A stretch of 64,000 nt of DNA from contig OY969927.1 in the NCBI GenBank assembly GCA_963704655.1, positions 1,216,001-1,280,000 of the forward strand. The letters are read 5' to 3'. Numbering within the stretch: the first letter of the stretch is position 1; the number at the start of each line of letters is the position of its first letter. This DNA comes from an uncultured Candidatus Babeliaceae bacterium (lineage in GTDB: Bacteria; Babelota; Babeliae; Babelales; Babelaceae). A program made the position numbers and the translations under genes. Shown here piece by piece: positions 28,491-36,608 of this stretch. The notes beneath the pieces are model-generated. The model was not told the origin of the DNA. It was given only the letters and a program-made list of their open reading frames with translations, and searched no databases.

Positions 28491-28910
28491 ATGTCGAAAC
28501 CAATCTTTGTTATTCAAGAACATCACGCGAGTCATTTACATTACGATTTTCGTCTCGAAATGGACGGTGCATTACGTTCATGGGCGGTGCCAAAAACGCC
28601 CACCGCAGAGCCTGATATTAAAAGACTTGCCGTGCTCACAACGGACCATCCGCTTGAATATGCAACTTTCCAAGGTGTTATTGAAGAAGGTTACGGTGCC
28701 GGCACGGTCAAGATTTGGGACCACGGCACGTATGACAATATTACGCATCATGAGGGCAAACTTATTTCGATGGACCAAGCCTTTGAAGATGGGCGCATTA
28801 AAATTAATTTGCACGGCAAAAAATTAAAAGGCGCATTTGCCCTTATTCGATTTCACAATAACGACAAGAATTGGCTCTTGATGAAAATCGATGATAAATA
28901 TGCAGAGTAA
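28491..28910 (+). CDS. Stand-alone LigD 3'-phosphoesterase (PE) module
   Basis: FVIQEHHASHLHYDFRLE..G.LRSWAVPK, RLAV.T.DHPLEY..F.G.I..GYGAG.V.IWD.G. Confidence 0.93.
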   Translation: MSKPIFVIQEHHASHLHYDFRLEMDGALRSWAVPKTPTAEPDIKRLAVLTTDHPLEYATFQGVIEEGYGAGTVKIWDHGTYDNITHHEGKLISMDQAFEDGRIKINLHGKKLKGAFALIRFHNNDKNWLLMKIDDKYAE

Positions 28911-28924
28911 TAAAAAGCTTAACG

Positions 28925-30769
28925 TTACACAGCTTTTTTAAGAGCCACTTGTTTAATAGCCTCTTTTATTATCTCTTTGCTAGCTATCACCGTATATTCA
29001 GTTAATCCGCTTAACTGCATTACTTGGTCATCGGTATATTTAAAGTTATTGGTGCTGGTATAGTTTTTACTGTCTTTAGGGTCCAAGTACCAACCATTTT
29101 GATATCCTGGATTTGCGATAACCGGTACATAGATAATTGTTGGTGTTCCAGTTTTTGGATCGCCATAATGGACCGAGCAGTTATTTTTGGTAGCGTTATA
29201 ATCGATAGTCGGGAATTTGAGGTTATTTTTTTGAGCATATTTTTCTGCAAGTTTTAATTGCGCAGCAGGGTTTACTATGTTGCTTGCAGATGCATCAAGC
29301 ACAATAATAATATCAACAGCTCTTTCTGGACGTAATAATGGCGGCAGTGGAAGATTAAAATCAAGCCCAGCATCAATAAGTTCAAATTTTGGCAAATCAG
29401 AAAGCGGTGCGCCGTTAATGCCGAATGTCCAGTTAAAAATATCTGGTGCCGCTATCCGTTTTCCGGTAATAGCAGAGCCTTTTAAGGCGCTTAAAACTTC
29501 TTTTGGTGCAACTTTGCCAAACTTATCATTAATAAACTCTTCTACGTTTACCGCAATTGCCGATCCCCATATCCCCATGCAAAAGCTTAAAGGTTGCGCT
29601 GGCGGATATATAGAATAACTTTGTTTGCTTGATGCGCCTTTTTCAAATTTTCTACCAAACGCCCACACGGGAATAGATGCATTAAGGTACGTGCTACCAA
29701 CTTCATAGGGGGTAAATTCTACCCATGGTTTAGCATCTTGCATGCTTGGTGAGGTAATTACCGCAGTAAAAATTGGAAATGGGTTTCGTGACGGACTCAT
29801 TTTTTCGGTTAAATCTGCAATAGTAAATTTGCCTGAGTTTGGAAGAAGAACTTTTTGTGCTATTAAAGAACCCCAAATATCGATAGGTGAAATGGGAATA
29901 TTAAAAGAAAGGTTATTTAATAACGCGTTACTTATTTGTAAAACATCAACATCACTTTTTATATCTACTGATAATTTCCCATAAAGATCATGCAAAAAAG
30001 AATCTATGCTTTTACCCGACTGGAGCCAACCTGACATTGCCCATGTTGAGCCAGAAAGGCCCGCCTGATATGTGAGCGCATTAAGAAGCCCAATTTTATC
30101 TGCGCCATTTATAAAACCTGCTGTGGTTATCATGGCGCGATATCCGCCGCCACTGCAACAAATAGCAATGCGTGGCAGATCAGATGTTTTTATGGGGGTT
30201 TCTACTAATGTGTTTAAGGCTTTTTCAGTTATTGCCGCACGTTGTTGCACATACTGTAGCTCTTGTGGGGATAGACTGTTACCTTGGCGCACTTGTGCAT
30301 CTTTTGTTACATAGGGTGCTTTTACTAATGTGCCACGATTTATTTCATAGACAGAACTTTTAATTGCTTCAACTACCGGACGACTTAACCAGGTGACGGT
30401 ATTATATCCATCTAATTCTTTGCGTTCGTTTTCTGCAATATAAAAATCACTTCCGCGCGTGCTTCCCAAATTTACAAAATGGCGATCACCCTTATGTATC
30501 GTGTTAGGAAAATCTTGTGTATAGGCAAAATAAAGATCGCGGTCATAGGTGCCCCCAACATAAAGTTTCAAGTCTGGCCGTTCAATGCTTTTTGTTTGGC
30601 CGGCAGCTATTAAAAAGGGCTCACTATTTTGCATACGTTCGCTGGTTACACCTTTGGTATAATAAAAAGCAGCATAGACATCTTTGTCTGTTTTATTAGC
30701 GATATTTATTTTGTCTGCATTAAGAGTAAAAGATAAAGCTATAAACGATATACTTATAATTTTTTTCAT
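28925..30769 (-). CDS. Exported cPLA2/lysophospholipase B-type phospholipase
   Basis: SGGGYRAM, GLSGSTW (catalytic Ser), PFPIFTA, EFTPYEVG, MGIWGSA, LIDAGL.FNLP..PLL...R.VDIII (catalytic Asp). Confidence 0.92.
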   Translation of the reverse strand: MKKIISISFIALSFTLNADKINIANKTDKDVYAAFYYTKGVTSERMQNSEPFLIAAGQTKSIERPDLKLYVGGTYDRDLYFAYTQDFPNTIHKGDRHFVNLGSTRGSDFYIAENERKELDGYNTVTWLSRPVVEAIKSSVYEINRGTLVKAPYVTKDAQVRQGNSLSPQELQYVQQRAAITEKALNTLVETPIKTSDLPRIAICCSGGGYRAMITTAGFINGADKIGLLNALTYQAGLSGSTWAMSGWLQSGKSIDSFLHDLYGKLSVDIKSDVDVLQISNALLNNLSFNIPISPIDIWGSLIAQKVLLPNSGKFTIADLTEKMSPSRNPFPIFTAVITSPSMQDAKPWVEFTPYEVGSTYLNASIPVWAFGRKFEKGASSKQSYSIYPPAQPLSFCMGIWGSAIAVNVEEFINDKFGKVAPKEVLSALKGSAITGKRIAAPDIFNWTFGINGAPLSDLPKFELIDAGLDFNLPLPPLLRPERAVDIIIVLDASASNIVNPAAQLKLAEKYAQKNNLKFPTIDYNATKNNCSVHYGDPKTGTPTIIYVPVIANPGYQNGWYLDPKDSKNYTSTNNFKYTDDQVMQLSGLTEYTVIASKEIIKEAIKQVALKKAV

Positions 30770-30874
30770 AACATCCCCCTGTATTTATATATAATTGTAT
30801 ATTTGGAAATGTTTGAAATGCAAGAAAAGCGATAAAAAGAATAAGATATCTTATCAAAGTGGCATGAATTAATT

Positions 30875-31432
30875 CTAATTATGTATACTTTTTAAAAATT
30901 TTCTTATTGTTGCGGTGGCTTTCTTATAAGGAGCGACGGTATTAATGGTAACCCATTTACTTAATGGCCATTGTTTGCCCGATTTGAGGGTGCACCATGG
31001 CCAAACGCCAAGCTTATCCAGATTACCTATTTGATACTCAGATTCAACTATTTTAATGATTTCTGTTACAAGATTATGTAGCTCTTGTTCTTGCTGCGCA
31101 TTATGTGTGTAGCGGTACTTAGAATAAAAATGTTTTGCAAGTCCCGCGTAATCCCACGTTGAAAAACCTTCGCCGGGCATAACAGGCATGATATTTTCTT
31201 GTCCGGCATGGTACCAGTTCAGCAGTAATTTCCCCCAGCCAATTTGATAGGCAATAATATCATGAACACTTACAGGGCCACCAGTGCCTTCTATGGTTTT
31301 TACATCTCTTTTTAGTAACGGCACTTGCTCCAGCACCGTTACTAATTTATGGTATTCGGTGTTAATGCTTTGAGCTAAAGGGGACTTAAGAATAGAATTA
31401 TTTAAGCTTATTGCCATTTGGTACATCGCCAT
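30875..31432 (-). CDS. ClbS/DfsB family (DUF1706) four-helix bundle protein
   Basis: SVHDIIAYQIGW..LLL.W, P.EGF..W..AGL...FY, W...WV.INT.APY; start uncertain. Confidence 0.8.
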   Translation of the reverse strand: MAMYQMAISLNNSILKSPLAQSINTEYHKLVTVLEQVPLLKRDVKTIEGTGGPVSVHDIIAYQIGWGKLLLNWYHAGQENIMPVMPGEGFSTWDYAGLAKHFYSKYRYTHNAQQEQELHNLVTEIIKIVESEYQIGNLDKLGVWPWCTLKSGKQWPLSKWVTINTVAPYKKATATIRKFLKSIHN

Positions 31433-31736
31433 TAAAAGTTACAAGTTGTATGGCTCCAGAAGCGTCTTCTAGCCCAAGCAACAGGAATTCAGAAGTAAAG
31501 CCAGCAATGTTTTTTGTGCCGACATTAGTAAGTCCCAATACACGCATGTTCACAAGCGTTTCGGGTGTATAGTGGTGCGTTACTTGTGCAGATGTTTTTA
31601 ATATGCCAATCTCCGGGCCAAAGTCTACCCAGATTTTATAAGCAGGTTTTCGTGCTTGTGGGAAAAGCTCACTTTTAATAATTGTCCCCGCGCGAATATC
31701 TATTTTTTCAAAATCATGAAATGTTAGGTTTGTCAT
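31398..31736 (-). CDS. csaA: tRNA-binding/export chaperone CsaA
   Basis: DFEKIDIRAGTI...ARKPAYKIWVDFGPEIG...SAQ...IAGF.SE.L.LG...VPNG. Confidence 0.92.
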   Translation of the reverse strand: MTNLTFHDFEKIDIRAGTIIKSELFPQARKPAYKIWVDFGPEIGILKTSAQVTHHYTPETLVNMRVLGLTNVGTKNIAGFTSEFLLLGLEDASGAIQLVTFNGDVPNGNKLK

Positions 31737-31762
31737 AACTATACCTATATATAATTCGCGCT

Positions 31763-32227
31763 TTAAGAGATTAGTTTATGTCTTCTTAATAACTGGTAAG
31801 CCGCATGATTTGGATCTTTGATATGCTGCTCTACGTGCGTAAGTAATTTTTTATCGTATGGCTCGCACCCTTGGCAAACGTTTTTAACGCATATCAGTAT
31901 AGCCCTTTGACTGCCTAGCTTGTAGGCAAGATCAAAAAATTTTAATGCTGGGTCGCGGTAGTAAAAAATACTTTTTGGATCATCATAATGATTTTGGTAC
32001 TCTTTCATTAATCTGTCGTATTCTTCAAATAACTCATCAGGACCAAGTTTCTTTTCAGATTTCTCAGATATTGGTTGCTCCTGATCTTCAGGATATAAAT
32101 CTTGATAGGTGGGAAGTTGCTCCTCATTAAATTTTTTATGTGACAAATCCTGCATTTCTATTTCATGGTAGCAGGAAAAGATGGGTGTTCTAAGCAAAAA
32201 AAGAAAAGCAATAAAGACTTTATTCAT
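31763..32227 (-). CDS. Exported hypothetical protein (LPTY motif, one Sel1-like repeat)
   Basis: Signal peptide; EEQLPTYQDLY; ALKFFDLAYKLGSQRA. Confidence 0.7.
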   Translation of the reverse strand: MNKVFIAFLFLLRTPIFSCYHEIEMQDLSHKKFNEEQLPTYQDLYPEDQEQPISEKSEKKLGPDELFEEYDRLMKEYQNHYDDPKSIFYYRDPALKFFDLAYKLGSQRAILICVKNVCQGCEPYDKKLLTHVEQHIKDPNHAAYQLLRRHKLIS

Positions 32228-32298
32228 AGTATTTCCATGTTTGATTTCAATATGATTATACTTATGAAGAGCTGTTTTTGCAACATGTGCCTAAAAAA

Positions 32299-33696
32299 CT
32301 AAAAAGTAATCCCTGTGGTTATCCAAACGGTCCATTGGTCAAGCGCATTTTTGGTAGCAAATTCATACGCAGCGCCAAGACCCAAAAGTGCAGAGTAGCA
32401 ATCTCGTTTAACAGTGTACCCAAGATCAAAATACAATTTCTGGCTCTGTGCCCGTGGGTGCGCCGCAGAATTAAGATTAATATCAGCATCGGTAATATAG
32501 GTAAATGCTGCATCCGTTACGGTTGCGTTGCTGCCCGCTGCACCTTGGCAAATAGTTGCTGTGCTTGCGCTGGTAATTGGGTAACCGCATAATGCTAATG
32601 TTTGTATGCCATAGCCTGATGTGATAGGACATTTTTTACAGATCTTTTCTGCTTGGCGCCACCAGAAATCGTAACCGAATTCAAGATTAAAATTGCATAT
32701 TGGCAGATTGAGTGCCATCCACAGATCAACGGTATTTCCAGGGGTTACTTTTACCGGAACCGTTAATAAATTGATCCCTGGCTGTGAATTTAAAGGTTGG
32801 TCAGGAGTAACTACTAAAAGATAGCGTGACCATTGTCCGTTTTGACAAAGGTCGAATGAGCGCCGTTCTGTTGCGCCAAAGATATAGCGATATTTTAAAT
32901 CAAGCATAAACGAAAGTTCATAATCACTGATTTCACCAGCAACTGCATCAAGATCAAGGCCGACACCAACGCTGCCATTTTTTGAGCCAACCAATGGTTC
33001 AAAAAGATAGTCTGAGTTTGGCCGTTTACCCGTTGGCGCTGTTGCAACGGTATATAGTGTTGCGTGGCAGTCTTCGAGTCTAAAAAAATCGTAACCCAAC
33101 TTGAATTGAATATCATCAAGTCCGCCGACTTTAAGGTTGCCACATGATATTTTGCCGGCGCACCAAGCCTCGTTATTGAATGCATCAAATGCATTTGCAA
33201 AGCCGGGGATAGTTCCCGTTTGAGCGCGATATTCATGCAACCCTGCATTATTTGTTACCTGGATAGCGGCGCTGTTAATACCAAGCCAGATCGATTTGGT
33301 AAAATTAAAGTATGCGGTGAATAATACCCCAGCAACGGTTCTTTCAGGAGCGAGAAACATGGTTGATGTATAGTATGTTCCATCTGGTGAAATAAGATTA
33401 AACCAGAGTGAATCCAGATTTCCATTGCCACTTTCATCAAGTGCTGCGCATGCGTTATTGCCAGGTAAAAAGTAGCGCGCCATTTTTTTATGATTGGTCG
33501 ATTGCATAAACAGCGGTTTTGCATAAAAGCTAAACCAGTTATTTTCTAGACTGTGATATCGGTGATAATTTGTAAGCGAAAGTTCTAGCATTGAGTCGGT
33601 ACTGATATCACGTGGTCTAAAAAAGCTGTGACTTGAAGAATGTAGCTGTTTTGTAAATATAAGCATGAATAAAAAGAGTAGATTTTTTTTTGTCAT
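32299..33696 (-). CDS. Cys-rich outer-membrane beta-barrel protein
   Basis: Signal peptide, amphipathic strands, GGLDDIQFKLGY, terminal strand WTVWITTGITF ending in Phe. Confidence 0.75.
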   Translation of the reverse strand: MTKKNLLFLFMLIFTKQLHSSSHSFFRPRDISTDSMLELSLTNYHRYHSLENNWFSFYAKPLFMQSTNHKKMARYFLPGNNACAALDESGNGNLDSLWFNLISPDGTYYTSTMFLAPERTVAGVLFTAYFNFTKSIWLGINSAAIQVTNNAGLHEYRAQTGTIPGFANAFDAFNNEAWCAGKISCGNLKVGGLDDIQFKLGYDFFRLEDCHATLYTVATAPTGKRPNSDYLFEPLVGSKNGSVGVGLDLDAVAGEISDYELSFMLDLKYRYIFGATERRSFDLCQNGQWSRYLLVVTPDQPLNSQPGINLLTVPVKVTPGNTVDLWMALNLPICNFNLEFGYDFWWRQAEKICKKCPITSGYGIQTLALCGYPITSASTATICQGAAGSNATVTDAAFTYITDADINLNSAAHPRAQSQKLYFDLGYTVKRDCYSALLGLGAAYEFATKNALDQWTVWITTGITF

Positions 33697-33852
33697 AACT
33701 ATCTCGTGGGTTAATGGTGAAAATATATATAAAAGTACTCATTTTTTATGATAAAAAGCTAGTTTTTTAAAAAAAATTATAATTTTTATAGATTTTTTTG
33801 GCTCTTTCTATTAATGTTGTTGTTGTGCATATAACCAAGGAGTTTAATTATT

Positions 33853-34056
33853 ATGGCATTCAGCGTAAAATCCAAGAAAAGTGGTAAAACTTATTTCTTA
33901 CATTCAAAAGAAGTTAAGCTTGCCGGTGGCCGTTTACAAAATATCTTTTACTTTGCTGGCGAAGAGGCTAAAAATTCTCTTAATGCATTGCCTGCAGGAT
34001 ACGAAGTTATGGAAAATGAACGTACCGGTTTGCCAATGTTACGTAAGAAGAAATAG
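33853..34056 (+). CDS. Small basic conserved hypothetical protein
   Basis: AAGGAG RBS; KSGKTYFLH...IFYFA...LPAGYEV.EN.RTGLP.LRKK. Confidence 0.8.
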   Translation: MAFSVKSKKSGKTYFLHSKEVKLAGGRLQNIFYFAGEEAKNSLNALPAGYEVMENERTGLPMLRKKK

Positions 34057-34061
34057 ATTTT

Positions 34062-35570
34062 TTGCTTCATACGACAGTGCGTATTTATAAAAGCATACTT
34101 TTTGCTACGGTTTTTTTTGTAATACATAATTTACAAACAAAGCCGTTTGATGCGCATCTTGCAGGGTCGTGGTACCCTGCCCAACGTACCGATTTAAAAA
34201 AACTTTTACAATCTTTTGAAAATACTACAAAAGATACTTTTGATATGCGCACGGATAGTTCAAAGATTCGTGCGCTTATTGTCCCGCATGCTGGATATTA
34301 TTATTCTGGCCGTATAGCAGCAGCAGCGTATAGATTACTCAAAGATAGCGTTATTGATCGTGTTATTATTTTGGCACCGTCACATTACAAAGCTTTTAAC
34401 GGTGTTGCATTACCCGAATTTACGCAGTATAAAATACCTGCAGGTATTATGCGTTTAGATTCCCAAGCGCTTAATAAACTAGCTGTAACTAGATTATTTA
34501 CTGTCGATAATGGCGCATTCTATCCTGAGCATGCCATAGAGATACAACTTCCTTTAATTAATTATTTTTTACCCAAGGCTAAAATTGTTCCTTTAGTGGT
34601 CGGTGACCTTTCAGCTGCTGACTGTGTTTCTGTTGCTACGAGTTTAAAGGCGCTCATAACACCTAACACATTAGTAATTATAAGTTCAGATCTTACTCAT
34701 CATGGTGCTGCTTTTGGATATGCGCCATTTACTGACGCAATAACTGCTCGCGTTGCGCAGCTTGATTCACAGATTCTTTATGCTATTCAGCACCAAGATT
34801 TAAAAAAATTTAAAAATATTATCCATGATACTGGCGCAACCGTTTGTGGGCACATGCCATTGGAAGTTCTTTTAAAGATGGAAGAACTGAATGCATTTGG
34901 TTCTTGTGCAACACGTTTGGTCGCCTATGGCAATTCGGCAGAAACATCTGCTGGTGTTGAAAGATTAGTTTCGTATGCTGGTTTGATAGTCACGCAAGAA
35001 ACGAATAATCAAGAATATTCTATGCAGGAAAAAAATTCACTGTTGCGCTATGCGCGCAACACCATTGCAGAAACTTTTAAGAAAACTATTAATCCAGAAT
35101 TGTTAAAACCGGTTATGACCCCAATGCTTGAAAAGCCTTCTGGTGTATTTGTAACTCTTTATTCTAAAAATGGCAATGGAAAACAGCTTCGTGGTTGCAT
35201 CGGCACGGTGTTAGCGCGTGAGCCATTATATCAAGCAGTTTCTGCAATGGCATATCAAGCAGCGTTTAATGATAGTCGGTTTGCGCCATTACAACCTGAA
35301 GAACTTAGAAATATTTCGATAAGTATATCGATACTTACGCAGCCACATTCTGTAGCAAGTTATCATGATATTATTTTGAATAAACATGGCATTATACTTA
35401 CTGTTGGAAATTCTTCTGCATTGTTTCTGCCTAAAGTTCCTCAAGAATTCGGTTTCACACTTCAGCAGACATTAGCTGAGCTCAGTAAAAAAGCAGGGCT
35501 TTCTGCAGACGCTTGGAAATCGCCCGATGCGAAATTTCAGGTATTTGAATCTATAGATTTTAGTGAATAA
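34062..35570 (+). CDS. AmmeMemoRadiSam protein B (MEMO1-like) fused to protein A (AMMECR1)
   Basis: AGSWYP, VPHAGY.YSG, EHAIEIQLP, SSDLTH, TVCG; C-terminal GVFVTL...LRGCIG...D.RF.P...FLP.V. Confidence 0.93.
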   Translation: MLHTTVRIYKSILFATVFFVIHNLQTKPFDAHLAGSWYPAQRTDLKKLLQSFENTTKDTFDMRTDSSKIRALIVPHAGYYYSGRIAAAAYRLLKDSVIDRVIILAPSHYKAFNGVALPEFTQYKIPAGIMRLDSQALNKLAVTRLFTVDNGAFYPEHAIEIQLPLINYFLPKAKIVPLVVGDLSAADCVSVATSLKALITPNTLVIISSDLTHHGAAFGYAPFTDAITARVAQLDSQILYAIQHQDLKKFKNIIHDTGATVCGHMPLEVLLKMEELNAFGSCATRLVAYGNSAETSAGVERLVSYAGLIVTQETNNQEYSMQEKNSLLRYARNTIAETFKKTINPELLKPVMTPMLEKPSGVFVTLYSKNGNGKQLRGCIGTVLAREPLYQAVSAMAYQAAFNDSRFAPLQPEELRNISISISILTQPHSVASYHDIILNKHGIILTVGNSSALFLPKVPQEFGFTLQQTLAELSKKAGLSADAWKSPDAKFQVFESIDFSE

Positions 35571-35647
35571 ACTTTTTAAAAAAAAGATTATCTTGACTCT
35601 AACCTCTACTTATCTGTAATACTTATAAATAGAAAGTAGGGGAGGTC

Positions 35648-36541
35648 ATGAATAAAATAGTACATACTATTTTTTTGGCCCTGTCGTGTGGGGTACTTCA
35701 AGCATCAGAACATGCTCGCAAAGTTACTACCTTTATCTATTCTCATGGTTTTACTAGTTGTAAAGCAAAAGCTAACTCCTACATACAGGCAAGGATAATA
35801 CCTGAAACTACTAGAAAATTTAATTATTCAGATGCATATCTTAGTTGGGAACCATCGCATGGTTATGGGGTTGCGCTTGATTTTTGGAACTCTTGTATAG
35901 GTCAGAACTCTGATATTAAAAAACTTGCATGCGAAGTTGACCAGTATTCAGGCCCTATTGTTTTAGCGGGCGAATCGCGCGGAGCAAGTACTATCTTAAA
36001 TTATTTAGGCAGTGAGTATGCAAAGTCAGACCGTATAGCGGCAGCGATTCTTGACTCGCCCTTTGATATGGTTAAAAGTGTTCTTGCGCATAGATTAAAA
36101 TTATTAGGTTTGAAAGATGTATTATCTCCTGAGGCAGTTGAAAGAGCGGCGCCCTATTTTTGTTGGAATTACGATCCAAATGGTATACAGCCAATCAAAT
36201 CTGTTGCTCTTATAGATCATGAAATTCCTATATTCATGGTCTGTTCAGCTGAAGATGCTATAGTTCCCCATTCCAGTGGATTAGCTCTTTATAAAGAAAT
36301 GCTTAGGAGCGGCCATAAAAAAGCCTACCTTTTAATGCTTGAAAGAGGTAAACATGGCTGGATTATGCAGGGGCCACAAGGGGATCTTTATCGCAAAGTT
36401 GTTCATGCTTTTTATGAGAGTAATGGCATTGATTCGGGTCTAGAGAGTTCACCAGGGGGACACGATTTGCTGCAAGATTATTGCCAGCCAACTTTAGAGC
36501 AGCTTGAGCAACCAGATTTTATGAGTCTTTTAGCATCCTAA
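35648..36541 (+). CDS. Exported alpha/beta hydrolase
   Basis: YSHGF, GESRG nucleophile elbow, EDAIVP, GKHG. Confidence 0.85.
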   Translation: MNKIVHTIFLALSCGVLQASEHARKVTTFIYSHGFTSCKAKANSYIQARIIPETTRKFNYSDAYLSWEPSHGYGVALDFWNSCIGQNSDIKKLACEVDQYSGPIVLAGESRGASTILNYLGSEYAKSDRIAAAILDSPFDMVKSVLAHRLKLLGLKDVLSPEAVERAAPYFCWNYDPNGIQPIKSVALIDHEIPIFMVCSAEDAIVPHSSGLALYKEMLRSGHKKAYLLMLERGKHGWIMQGPQGDLYRKVVHAFYESNGIDSGLESSPGGHDLLQDYCQPTLEQLEQPDFMSLLAS

Positions 36542-36608
36542 CTAAAAAAATATTGTTAAAAATGTTTCTAGTGTTTACAGTATACTAAACATTAAACGAG
36601 AGTACGCT

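Noticed and set aside
32278-33524. Several 60-120 aa antisense or alternate-frame ORFs here and inside other long genes (pyrG, nrdJ, tyrS)
   Set aside because: Fully nested in well-supported genes; typical shadow ORFs.
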